Shown here one piece after another: positions 28,298 through 36,749 of a DNA stretch of 40,444 nt; position 1 is the stretch's first letter; each line of letters opens with the position of its first letter. Origin of the DNA: an uncultured Candidatus Saccharibacteria bacterium. Lineage in GTDB: Bacteria; Patescibacteriota; Minisyncoccia; Portnoybacterales; GWB1-42-6. The position numbers and the translations under genes were made by a program. The notes beneath the pieces were generated by a model that was not told the origin of the DNA, made no database searches, and saw only the letters and a list, made by a program, of their open reading frames with translations. The stretch is from assembly GCA_964388895.1 (NCBI GenBank), contig CAYMCB010000001.1, positions 1 through 40,444 on the forward strand. The letters are read 5' to 3'.

Positions 28298-29890
28298 TTA
28301 CATTTTTTCCGGTGCGCTTATTCCCATTAAATCAAAAGCATTTTTCAAAACAATTTTTGTCGCTTGGCACAACGCTAATCTAGCCTGAGTTTTCTCTTCT
28401 TCTTTTTTGTTAAGCACCTGACATTCTTCATAAAATTTATGGAAAGCTCGCACTAAATCTAAAACATATTGAGGTAAACGCTGAACCTGATAATCACAAG
28501 CTATATCCTCGACAATCTCTGGCAGCCTTATTAATTGTTTAATTAAAGCTAGCTCTGCTGGCTGTTCTAGAAGTTTTAAAAATTCAATTCCTGTTTTATC
28601 TAAATTAAATTCTTTTTCGGCTTTGTCTAAAAGGCTACAAATTCTCGCATAAGCGTATTGAGCATAATAAACTGGATTTTTCTCTGATCTCTCTTTAGCT
28701 AAATCTAAATCAAAATCCATATGAGTATCTGGCGAGCGCATTAAAAAAAACCATCGAGCCGCGTCCAAAGAAATTTCTTCTAAAAGTTCGTCTAAAGTAA
28801 TATAAGTGCCGGCGCGTTTAGACATTTTGATCTCTTGGCCATTTCTAAACAAACGCACAAGTTGCATAATAATAACAATAAGCTGGTTTTCGTTCCAAGC
28901 CTCTAAAGCCTTACCCATTGCCTGAAGCCGCGCCACATAACCATGATGGTCAGCACCCCAAATATTAATTACTTTATCAAATTTATCTTCTTTGAATTTT
29001 TTATAATGATAAGCTGCGTCAGGCAAAAGATAAGTGGCTTCTTTTCCCCGGCTACCCTTACTAGAAGTAATTAAAACCCTATCCTTATCGTCACCAAATT
29101 GAGTTGATTTAAAAAAAAGAGCACCCTCTCTTTCATAAATTAATTTTTTTTCTTCGCAAATTTTAATAATTTTTTCTAGCAACCCCGATTTTCGTATTGT
29201 CCTCTCTGATGTCCATCGATCAAATTTAATTCCCATCTTTTTAATAATTGTAGGCTGAATTAAATTTTCCAAAATAAAATCAGCCGCTTGTTCTCCAATC
29301 TTTTTTGAATCTTCTGAGGTAAAACGGCTAAATATTTTATTTAACTCATCTATATAATCACCCTGATACTGAGCTTGCTCATCTTTTAAAACCGAATGAC
29401 CCAAAATTTCAATTTGATAACCTGCATCATTAATAAAATACTCCCGCCAAACTTTATAACCAGCCGCTACTAAAACATTAGATAAAACATCACCAAAAAA
29501 ACCACCTCTCCCGTTACCTAAAGTTAAAGGGCCAGTAGGATTAGCTGAAATGAATTCAACCTGAATTCTTTCTCCCTTACCTATATCAACTCGACCATAC
29601 TTTTCCCTGTTTTTTAAAATCTCTGCTACTTCTTCTCTTAAAATTTCTTCTGACAAAGTAAAATTAATAAAACCCGGCGGGGCAACTGCAATTTTTTTAA
29701 AAACAAAGTTATTTTTTTTGGCTATCTTTTGTATTAAATTTTGCGCTATCTCCATCGGGTTTCCTTTTTCTTGCCTAGCTAATTTTAAAGCTATATTAGT
29801 AAAATAATCGCCAAAAATTTCTTTTCCTGACTTTTCTACTAAAACCTCAGGGAAACCAATTAAAGTTTTAATTTTTTGCCTAATCATCAA
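28298..29890 (-). CDS. argS: Arginine--tRNA ligase
   Basis: VEFISANPTGPLTLGNGRGG (HIGH-region equivalent), MSKRAGTYITLDEL (KMSKS equivalent), DALR anticodon-binding C-terminus. The stop lies 1 nt from the amrS stop. Confidence 0.95.
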   Translation of the reverse strand: MMIRQKIKTLIGFPEVLVEKSGKEIFGDYFTNIALKLARQEKGNPMEIAQNLIQKIAKKNNFVFKKIAVAPPGFINFTLSEEILREEVAEILKNREKYGRVDIGKGERIQVEFISANPTGPLTLGNGRGGFFGDVLSNVLVAAGYKVWREYFINDAGYQIEILGHSVLKDEQAQYQGDYIDELNKIFSRFTSEDSKKIGEQAADFILENLIQPTIIKKMGIKFDRWTSERTIRKSGLLEKIIKICEEKKLIYEREGALFFKSTQFGDDKDRVLITSSKGSRGKEATYLLPDAAYHYKKFKEDKFDKVINIWGADHHGYVARLQAMGKALEAWNENQLIVIIMQLVRLFRNGQEIKMSKRAGTYITLDELLEEISLDAARWFFLMRSPDTHMDFDLDLAKERSEKNPVYYAQYAYARICSLLDKAEKEFNLDKTGIEFLKLLEQPAELALIKQLIRLPEIVEDIACDYQVQRLPQYVLDLVRAFHKFYEECQVLNKKEEEKTQARLALCQATKIVLKNAFDLMGISAPEKM

Positions 29891-29923
29891 TTTTAGTTTA
29901 ATCTAAAAATAAGGTAAATTCAA

Positions 29924-30385
29924 ATGCCAGATTACGCTTTTAATCGAAAAGCTCTCTTTAATTATGTTATCCTGGAAAAATTCGAGGCTGGTTTAAAGCT
30001 GACTGGGCAAGAAGTTAAATCTGTTCGTGCTGGACAAATTTCTTTAAAAAATTCATATATTGCCCTTCAAGGAGGAGAAGCTTGGCTTTTAAATGCTTCT
30101 ATTCCTGCCTATCAACCCAAAAACGCTCCAACTGATTATAACCCTACCCGTTCTCGCAAACTTCTTGTTCATAAAAATGAAATCAAGTCTTTAATTGGCA
30201 AAACAAAGCAAACAGGGTTGACTTTAGTGCCTTTAAGAGTTTATAATAAAGCAAATAAAATCAAAGTAGAATTTGCTTTATGCCGCGGTAAAAAACAAAT
30301 AGACAAAAGAGAAAGTATTAGTCGCCGTGAAAACGAAAGGCAAATTCAAAAAATATTAAAGGAGAAAGGTCCATCTATTTTTTAA
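29924..30385 (+). CDS. smpB: SsrA-binding protein SmpB
   Basis: NRKALFNYVILEKFEAGLKLTGQEVKSVR, NPTRSRKLLVHKNEI. Immediately upstream of tmRNA. Confidence 0.95.
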   Translation: MPDYAFNRKALFNYVILEKFEAGLKLTGQEVKSVRAGQISLKNSYIALQGGEAWLLNASIPAYQPKNAPTDYNPTRSRKLLVHKNEIKSLIGKTKQTGLTLVPLRVYNKANKIKVEFALCRGKKQIDKRESISRRENERQIQKILKEKGPSIF

Positions 30386-30438
30386 TTGCGTTCGGCTTTG
30401 CTTCATTTCTAAATCGTTAAAATCGAAGTGAAACAAGG

Positions 30439-30825
30439 GGGGGCGCAAGTTTCGACAGTTAAAATCTTTAAAAACATGCAAACCGAGTTGGCGAAATCTC
30501 GATAAACTTTCGTCAAACAAAAAATGTCAACTTTTTGACAAAAGTAAAGGCAGCTTTTACGCCATCCTTTGCTCCTGCTTTAGCTTAATATCAATAGCTT
30601 AAAGCCCATCCGGCTGATTGATACTCGCTAAATCATGTCCGGGTGTCACTTCAGCGAGTTCTTTCATCTTCTTGTCAGAGCTGATGAAAGTATAAATTCT
30701 GACTAAGAATTTAAGCATTTGGCCCGGCTTTAAGCTTAAATTCCTAAAAACCAAGTCGGGATAAGTTTGTAGTATTGTTTTTAAAATTTTTACTGCACGG
30801 GGGTTCAATCCCCCCGCTTCCACCA
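30439..30825 (+). ncRNA. ssrA: tmRNA (SsrA), standard one-piece form; predicted tag AAFTPSFAPALA
   Basis: 5' GGGGGCGCAAGUUUCGAC (conserved GUUUCGAC). 3' GGGGGUUCAAUCCCCCCGCUUCCACCA: a tRNA-Ala-like T arm and an acceptor with G3-U70 geometry. Tag ORF GCA GCT TTT ACG CCA TCC TTT GCT CCT GCT TTA GCT TAA at 30550..30588. Ends are accurate to a few nt. Confidence 0.9.
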
Positions 30826-30871
30826 ATTTATTTAATTTTTTAAATTTAATTTTTAAATCAAAAAAATAATT

Positions 30872-31402
30872 TTGTTTCAAAAAAAAATTTTTCAAAATAG
30901 CACAAACCAAAACCGCATTAATGAAAAAATTACCGCTCCTCAAGTAAGAGTTATCGGTACCGACGGCCAACAATTAGGCATTATGCCAACTACTCAAGCT
31001 CTAGAATTAGCCAAAAGCCAAAACTTAGATTTAGTAGAAATTTCGGCTAAAGCTGAACCGCCGGTTTGTAAAATTATTGATTTCGGCAAGTTTATTTATC
31101 AAAAAGAAAAACAAATGCGTCAACGCAAAGGACGCACAGTAGAAATAAAGAACATCAGAATTAGTTTTAATATCGCTCTAAATGATTTAAAGACAAAAGC
31201 TAAACAAGCAGAAAATTTTTTAACCAAAGGCGACAGAGTAAGAATAGAAATTTTATTACACGGAAGAGAAAAAGCATTTTCAGATTTAGCCAAAAAAAAA
31301 TTAGAAGAATTTAAAAATCATCTTGGAATTCCAATCAATGTCGACCAACCAATCGCTAAACAACCCAGAGGATTTTATATGATATTAAGTAAAGGAAAAT
31401 AA
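30872..31402 (+). CDS. infC: Translation initiation factor IF-3 (start codon uncertain and non-ATG: TTG 30872 or ATT 30887)
   Basis: RINEKITAPQVRVIGTDGQQLGIM, AKAEPPVCKIIDFGKF. Classic infC-rpmI-rplT order. There is no in-frame ATG ahead of the conserved N-terminal region. Confidence 0.9.
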   Translation: MFQKKIFQNSTNQNRINEKITAPQVRVIGTDGQQLGIMPTTQALELAKSQNLDLVEISAKAEPPVCKIIDFGKFIYQKEKQMRQRKGRTVEIKNIRISFNIALNDLKTKAKQAENFLTKGDRVRIEILLHGREKAFSDLAKKKLEEFKNHLGIPINVDQPIAKQPRGFYMILSKGK

Positions 31403-31407
31403 TTTTT

Positions 31408-31593
31408 ATGAAAACTTGCAAATTCGCTACCAAGCGTCTCCGCCAAACTAAAAAAGGAAGAATATTATTCCGGCCGACTCACCAAAACCATTTTAACGCT
31501 AAAGAGTCCGGCAAAAAAACCCGTAAAAAAAGGGCCTTAAAAAGCTTGCCAAAAAATCAAGCCAAAATTTTTAAAAAAATACTTTCAAAATAA
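31408..31593 (+). CDS. rpmI: 50S ribosomal protein L35
   Basis: 61 aa, highly basic, KRLRQTKKGRILFRPTHQNHF pattern, positioned between infC and rplT. Confidence 0.9.
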   Translation: MKTCKFATKRLRQTKKGRILFRPTHQNHFNAKESGKKTRKKRALKSLPKNQAKIFKKILSK

Positions 31594-31595
31594 CT

Positions 31596-31940
31596 ATGAC
31601 TAGAGTTAAGCGCGCTGTCAGCGCCCGTAAAAAAAGAAAAAAAATATTAAAGCTAGCCAAAGGCTATCGTTGGAGCAGAAGCAACAGATATATTGCTGCA
31701 AAAGACGCAGTTCGTCATGCTTTAGTTCATGCTTATAAAGATAGACGACGTAAAAAGAGAGACTTTCGCAAACTTTGGAATGTTAAAATTAATGCGGCTG
31801 TCCGCCAAGAAGGATTGACTTATAGCAAATTCATAGCCCAACTCAAGAAAAAAAATATTGGGCTTGACCGAAAGGTTTTATCAGAATTAGCTAGTAAATA
31901 TCCTGAAATCTTTAAAGAAATCGTCTCTTTATCAAAATAA
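31596..31940 (+). CDS. rplT: 50S ribosomal protein L20
   Basis: MTRVKRAVSARKKRKKILKLAKGYRWSRSN...AYKDRRRKKRDFRKLWNVKINAA. Confidence 0.95.
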   Translation: MTRVKRAVSARKKRKKILKLAKGYRWSRSNRYIAAKDAVRHALVHAYKDRRRKKRDFRKLWNVKINAAVRQEGLTYSKFIAQLKKKNIGLDRKVLSELASKYPEIFKEIVSLSK

Positions 31941-31982
31941 ATTTATCCTAAATTTCTTTAATTGCTAAAATCTACAAATAAT

Positions 31983-32008
31983 AAAAACCCTCTACTAAAA
32001 GGGTTTTT
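31983..32008. terminator. Bidirectional intrinsic terminator between rplT and the VanZ-like gene
   Basis: aaaaaccc (31983..31990) pairs with gggttttt (32001..32008), followed by a T-rich tract. Confidence 0.7.
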
Positions 32009-32022
32009 ATTATTCTTTATTT

Positions 32023-32418
32023 TTATATATAATTTATGATCCTAGAAAATAAAATAATAAGACTTCCAAAACATGCCCCCAAACTATCAATACCGACATC
32101 CAAAAGACGACATTGTCTAGCTGGCACAAAAAACTGATGAATTTCATCAAAAACAGCATAAAAAACAGAAAAAGCAAAGCTTAAAAATAAAAGACAGGGG
32201 AAGTTCAGCTTAAAAGATTTTTTCAAAGCTCGATATAAAAGCCAGTTTAAAATCATAAATTCGCCGGCATGGGCAAATTTACGCCACAAAACATCCCAAA
32301 AAACATCCCAACCAGAAGACAAACCCGGAATAGAAGATAAATAAAAAATCAAACTTAACCAAAGAAAAACAAGTAGCCAATCGATAATAATATTAATAAT
32401 ATTTTTTTTATAAAGCAT
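32023..32418 (-). CDS. VanZ-like family membrane protein
   Basis: 131 aa with four hydrophobic segments. FDEIHQFFVPARQCRLLDVGIDSLG matches the VanZ-like DExHQxFxPxRxxxxxD pattern. Confidence 0.7.
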   Translation of the reverse strand: MLYKKNIINIIIDWLLVFLWLSLIFYLSSIPGLSSGWDVFWDVLWRKFAHAGEFMILNWLLYRALKKSFKLNFPCLLFLSFAFSVFYAVFDEIHQFFVPARQCRLLDVGIDSLGACFGSLIILFSRIINYI

Positions 32419-32446
32419 AATAAAATAAACTTAAAAATGAAACAAA

Positions 32447-32476
32447 GCGGCGAGTCTACTTGACTTAACTCGCCGC
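32447..32476 (-). terminator. Intrinsic terminator after the PurF-like gene
   Basis: gcggcgagt (32447..32455) is the reverse complement of actcgccgc (32468..32476). On the minus strand it is followed by tttgtttcattttt. Confidence 0.7.
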
Positions 32477-32509
32477 CAAAATTCTTATCTCAAAGAACTC
32501 ATTTAATCA

Positions 32510-33808
32510 CTATAATGGGTATTCATTAGTCCAGCAAGCTAAACAAAGATGATTTGCTGGCAGTCCCACCGCGGCAACCAAATCCTCTATGGTATTATAT
32601 CTTAAAGTATCAGCTCCTAACATTCTTCTGATTTCCTCAACTGAATGTTTTAGAGCAATTAACTCTTCATAAGAACGAGTTGAGACATTATATTTGCAAG
32701 GCGCTATCAAAGGTGGCGCAGAAATTCTAACATGAATTTCTTTGGCGCCAGCTGCTTTCAAGCGCATAACTAATTTTCTCAACTGAGTTCCCCGAACAAT
32801 TGAATCATCAATCAAAACAATCCGGCGGCCGGCAATAGCTTCATTAATCAAGCTAAGTTTTTCTTCAGCAATTGAGTCTCTTTTAGTCTGCTCTAGTGGA
32901 AGATAGCTCCTATCAGAATAGCGATTATAGTAGAAAACGTCTTCATAAAAAATTCCAGAAGCACGATGGTAACCTTGAGCACAACCAATCCCTGACATAG
33001 GCACAGGAGCTACGATATCTGCCTCAATATTGTCATGCCTAGCTAAAGCAGCGCCTAAGTTGTTACGAACTTTTTTAGAAGATATTCCTTCTGCTATGGC
33101 GTCTATCCGAGAAGTATAAACCCAAAAAAAAGTATCAAAAGCTAAACGTTCAACTGGTATTTGGTCTACAGTAGAAAAACCCTGTTTTTCTAAAAAAATT
33201 ATCTCCCCAGGCCGCACATCGCGAATAATCTCCATATCATTTTTTTTAAAAGCTGTAGATTCAGAAGCAACCGCGCAACCATAGAGACCCTGACCAATAA
33301 TTAAAGGCGAGAAACCAAAAGGATCGCGCATTACAAATATTCCTTCCGGCGCTAATAAAATAATTGAAAAACCTCCTTTAACTTCTTCTGCTATATACCT
33401 CAAACCAGCTACTGGATCATTTTTCTGAGCTATAAGTTTCAAAAAAACTTCGATACTATAATCAGAAATAAAAATTTGACCATCAGCTAAAAGCTTATTC
33501 CTAATTTCTTGAAAATTAAAAATATTTCCACTAAAAACAACTGCTACTTCCCCTATTTTCGTATAAGCAAAAAAAGGTTGAGGCTCTCTGATACTAACAT
33601 GACCAATAGCTAAGCTACAGCTTTCCCCTTGGAAAAATTGACTATTAGCCTTAATCAGCCCCCTAAAAGACTTTGCAATGATGCCTTTTTTTTCAGTTTG
33701 TATAGCTAAACCACCAAAACCTTGACCAAGATGCTGTAACTGAAATAACCCCTTTTCTAATGGCAATAAACTATTCCACTCTTGACACAAACCCATTATT
33801 CCACCCAT
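32510..33808 (-). CDS. Amidophosphoribosyltransferase (PurF) homologue with a degenerate Ntn-glutaminase domain and an intact PRTase domain
   Basis: Aligns by eye to E. coli PurF throughout (LQHLGQ vs LQHRGQ, AIGHV, QPFF, FSGNIFNFQEIRNKL vs HNGNLTNAHELRKKL). PRPP loop VLIDDSIVRGTQ. C-terminal CLACWTNEYP. A strong SD (AAGGAGG, 5-nt spacer) fixes the start, so the N-terminus is MGGIMGL rather than MCGIVGI. Confidence 0.85.
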   Translation of the reverse strand: MGGIMGLCQEWNSLLPLEKGLFQLQHLGQGFGGLAIQTEKKGIIAKSFRGLIKANSQFFQGESCSLAIGHVSIREPQPFFAYTKIGEVAVVFSGNIFNFQEIRNKLLADGQIFISDYSIEVFLKLIAQKNDPVAGLRYIAEEVKGGFSIILLAPEGIFVMRDPFGFSPLIIGQGLYGCAVASESTAFKKNDMEIIRDVRPGEIIFLEKQGFSTVDQIPVERLAFDTFFWVYTSRIDAIAEGISSKKVRNNLGAALARHDNIEADIVAPVPMSGIGCAQGYHRASGIFYEDVFYYNRYSDRSYLPLEQTKRDSIAEEKLSLINEAIAGRRIVLIDDSIVRGTQLRKLVMRLKAAGAKEIHVRISAPPLIAPCKYNVSTRSYEELIALKHSVEEIRRMLGADTLRYNTIEDLVAAVGLPANHLCLACWTNEYPL

Positions 33809-33861
33809 AGTGACCTCCTTTTTTATTTATTATTTTTGATAAGAACTTCTTTTTATCTTTT

Positions 33862-34122
33862 TTAAGGTTTAATTCTAACACCTTCCTTTTTTAAAAGTAA
33901 AGCTTTCTTCTTAATTCCCCGATTAAAACCGCCTAACTGCCCATTACTTTTTATAACTCTATGACAAGGGATATTTCTGTCATAATTTTTGTTCAATGCA
34001 TTGCCGACCGCACGCGCTAAATTCTTATTCCCTAATTTTTCAGCTATCTGGCCGTAAGAAAAAACCTGACCTCGAGGAATCTTACTAACTATTTGATAAA
34101 CTTTTTTTTGAAAAATAGTCAT
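33862..34122 (-). CDS. MGMT-family protein (O6-alkylguanine-DNA alkyltransferase DNA-binding/active-site domain only, 86 aa)
   Basis: FQKKVYQIVSKIPRGQVFSYGQIA and the active-site motif IPCHRVI. Confidence 0.85.
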   Translation of the reverse strand: MTIFQKKVYQIVSKIPRGQVFSYGQIAEKLGNKNLARAVGNALNKNYDRNIPCHRVIKSNGQLGGFNRGIKKKALLLKKEGVRIKP

Positions 34123-34561
34123 GTAAAAATCTATCAGCTTCCTTTAATATTTTTTTACTCCCTTTATATTTTAATTTTTTTAATGCTCGGTCAAAATCAA
34201 ACCAACCAAAAGCCTGATGTTCTGAAGAAATCTTAACCCGAGAATTATAGGGCGCTCTTGCTAAATAAAAAATAACTTTTTTAAAAATATTCTTTTTAAG
34301 AAGAGCCATTCTTGGTCTTTCCTCAATCAAACGAAAAAAATATTTATCTATCATACAAAAACCTGACAAAAACTTTATTTTAGTAAGCCCTGTCTCTTCA
34401 AAAACTTCTCGCAAAACTGTCTTTTTGTCTTTTTCGTTCTTTTCTATACGACCTTTAGGGAAATTCCAATAGTCACCTCTATGTTTTAATAATAAGTATT
34501 CTATCCGGCCATCAGGCCCACGCCTAAAAATGACCGCTCCCGCTGATCTTACGAAAACCAT
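34085..34561 (-). CDS. NUDIX hydrolase
   Basis: Nudix box GRIEKNEKDKKTVLREVFEETGL (GX5EX7REUXEEXGU). Overlaps the MGMT-family gene by 38 nt. Confidence 0.85.
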   Translation of the reverse strand: MVFVRSAGAVIFRRGPDGRIEYLLLKHRGDYWNFPKGRIEKNEKDKKTVLREVFEETGLTKIKFLSGFCMIDKYFFRLIEERPRMALLKKNIFKKVIFYLARAPYNSRVKISSEHQAFGWFDFDRALKKLKYKGSKKILKEADRFLHDYFSKKSLSNS

Positions 34562-34562
34562 T

Positions 34563-36278
34563 TTATTTTTTAATAAATTTAATTAGATTTTTTAAATTCA
34601 TTGTATTTAAAATATCATTTTTGGTAGCCCAACCACGACGCGCCACTCCTACTCCTAATCTCATGTATTCCAATTGATTTATCGAATGGGCATCAGTTCC
34701 TAAAGAAATTTTAACCCCTGAAGCTACTGCTTTTTTAACATTCTGCCAAGCTAAATCTAAACGTTCCGGATAAGCATTAATCTCTAAAGCAACTTGATTT
34801 TTTTTAGCTGCAGCAAAAATTTCTTCCCAATCAACTAAATAACCTTCTCGTCGGCCAATAAGGCGTCCGGAAGGGTGCCCTAAAATATTAACATAAGGAT
34901 TACTTAACGCCCGGCAAATTCTTTGCGTCATTAATCTCTTTTCCATTTTGAAATTATCGTGTACCGAAACAATCACTAAATCTAATTTAGCCAAAATATT
35001 ATTTGCTATCGCTAATGTCCCATCTTTTTTTATATCTACTTCTGCGCCTTTCAAAATTTTGAGACCAATATTTTTCTGATTAATTTTTTCTATTTCAGCT
35101 ATTTGTTTTAAAAGCTCTTCTTCATTTAATCCACCGGCAATAGCTAAATAACCAGCATGATCCGTTACGGCTAAATAATCATAACCCAAAACTTTAGCTG
35201 CTTTAGCTATTTCTTCAAAATTATTAGCGCCATCCGACCAATTAGAATGAAGATGCAAATCCCCTTTTATATCTTTTAGTCTTACTAATTTTGGCAATTT
35301 ACCCTGAAAGGCTGCTTCTATTTCGCCTGTGTCTTCTCTCAATTCCGCTTCTATATAAGGCAGTCCTAATTTACTGTAAATTTCTTCTTCTTTTTTGCCG
35401 GCAATCATTCTTTTGCCTAAAAAAAGACCGTATTCATTAAGCTTATATCCTTTTTCTTCCGCTATTTTCCTTAATTTAATATTATGGTCTTTGTTGCCAG
35501 TAAAATATTGCCAAGCTGCGCCAAAAGATGTTTCTTTTACTACTCTCAAATCAGCCTCTACGCCGCTAAATAAACGAACCATCGATTTTGTTTTTCCTTG
35601 AGCTAAAACTTTTTCAACTTCCGGCAAGGCGCAAAAATAGTCTATAACTTTTTCTGGGTTATCGGCTACCGCTAAAAAATCCATGTCGCCAACAGTTTCT
35701 TTTTGTCTCCGGATTGAACCAGCAATCACAATTTTTTTTACTCCAGGGGCTGATGATAATTTTTCTTTAATCTTCTGTGCTAAAGATAAAGCCTTGCTAA
35801 GCAAAAGACGATTTTGATTGCTTTTAATAAAATCCAGACTTCGTAAAATATTAGCCTGAATTTTTGAACCAAAACGAGGTAACTTAGCAATTTTACCAGC
35901 TAAGACAGCTTGAGCTAAATCATCTAAATTTCTGATTTTAAGTTTTTCATAAAGAGCCTTTATCATTTTTGGGCCAAGCCCTTCTACAGCTGTTAATTGC
36001 TCCAAATCAACCGGACATTTTTTCTTCAAATTCTCGTATTCCTTTATCTTGCCGGTTTGAATAAATTCTTCAATTTTGTCAGCTAAATTCTGCCCTATGC
36101 CATTAATTTCTAATAAACCCCTTCTTCCTCTTTTCTGGTAAATCTCTGATAAATCTTCTTCTAATTCTTCAATTATTCGCGCTGCCCGTTCATAAGCCTG
36201 AGGTTTAAAAGGCACTTCATCCATAATCAAATATTCAGCCATATTGTAGAATAATTTTGAAATTTGCTGATTAATCAT
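34563..36278 (-). CDS. polX: Family X DNA polymerase with C-terminal PHP (phosphoesterase) domain
   Basis: HhH motifs (INGIGQNLADKI, VEGLGPKMIKAL). Catalytic GSIRRQKETVGDMDFLAV. PHP motifs GDLHLHSNWSDG, AVTDHA, GTDAHS. Confidence 0.9.
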   Translation of the reverse strand: MINQQISKLFYNMAEYLIMDEVPFKPQAYERAARIIEELEEDLSEIYQKRGRRGLLEINGIGQNLADKIEEFIQTGKIKEYENLKKKCPVDLEQLTAVEGLGPKMIKALYEKLKIRNLDDLAQAVLAGKIAKLPRFGSKIQANILRSLDFIKSNQNRLLLSKALSLAQKIKEKLSSAPGVKKIVIAGSIRRQKETVGDMDFLAVADNPEKVIDYFCALPEVEKVLAQGKTKSMVRLFSGVEADLRVVKETSFGAAWQYFTGNKDHNIKLRKIAEEKGYKLNEYGLFLGKRMIAGKKEEEIYSKLGLPYIEAELREDTGEIEAAFQGKLPKLVRLKDIKGDLHLHSNWSDGANNFEEIAKAAKVLGYDYLAVTDHAGYLAIAGGLNEEELLKQIAEIEKINQKNIGLKILKGAEVDIKKDGTLAIANNILAKLDLVIVSVHDNFKMEKRLMTQRICRALSNPYVNILGHPSGRLIGRREGYLVDWEEIFAAAKKNQVALEINAYPERLDLAWQNVKKAVASGVKISLGTDAHSINQLEYMRLGVGVARRGWATKNDILNTMNLKNLIKFIKK

Positions 36279-36284
36279 TTTTTG

Positions 36285-36749
36285 CTACCTGTTTAATTTT
36301 TTATGCCAGAAAATTTTCTCAATTTTCCTTACTGGCTGATTCTGCTTATTTTTGCCAAAAGTAAAATGATGAAGCTGTGGGGACCTTCTTTTGCTTGAAT
36401 TAGAAATAGCCTGATTTTGAGCTACTAAAAAACCAAGATGTCTATGCCCCCGTTTTTCTTCCCACAGAAGGACGCTGCCTATTTTCAATTCTTTAATTTC
36501 TTGCCAGCCACTATCTGCCATATCTTTTAAAGTCCCTTTCACAGTCGCATGACTTTCTTTTATTAAACCAAAAATTAAAAGCACTGAAGAGACGAAAAAA
36601 GAACAAGCAAGCTTACCGTTCCCTAAAATATCTTTTTTCTTTTCTTCCCCAACTTGAGCATAGAGATTTCTCCAGACCTTGCTCCCAACACTATTTTTTA
36701 TTAATTTTAAATAAGATTCTCTAATTAAAAGTTTAGGTTTTTTACTCAT
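36285..36749 (-). CDS. Hypothetical protein; possible papain-fold (NlpC/P60-like) Cys-His hydrolase, no signal peptide
   Basis: The start overlaps the upstream gene's stop by 8 nt. GKLAC(49)SFFVSSVL ... 55 aa ... GHRH(104)LGFLV ... ISNSS has the spacing and flanks of NlpC/P60 Cys/His/polar triads. The fold assignment is by eye only. Confidence 0.4.
   Translation of the reverse strand: MSKKPKLLIRESYLKLIKNSVGSKVWRNLYAQVGEEKKKDILGNGKLACSFFVSSVLLIFGLIKESHATVKGTLKDMADSGWQEIKELKIGSVLLWEEKRGHRHLGFLVAQNQAISNSSKRRSPQLHHFTFGKNKQNQPVRKIEKIFWHKKLNR

Noticed and set aside
28294-28300. Stop codons of convergent amrS and argS separated by 1 nt
   Set aside because: This is real but probably just genome compaction. 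It is noted within the AmrS finding rather than as a separate feature.
30428-30435. parS half-site GTGAAACA
   Set aside because: Only half of the 16-bp palindrome is present, and it lies in the ssrA promoter region. I found no full TGTTNCACGTGAAACA-like site anywhere in the window.
30599-30973. Listed 124-aa ORF on the - strand
   Set aside because: It lies antisense across the tmRNA gene and the infC start. tmRNA explains the open frame.
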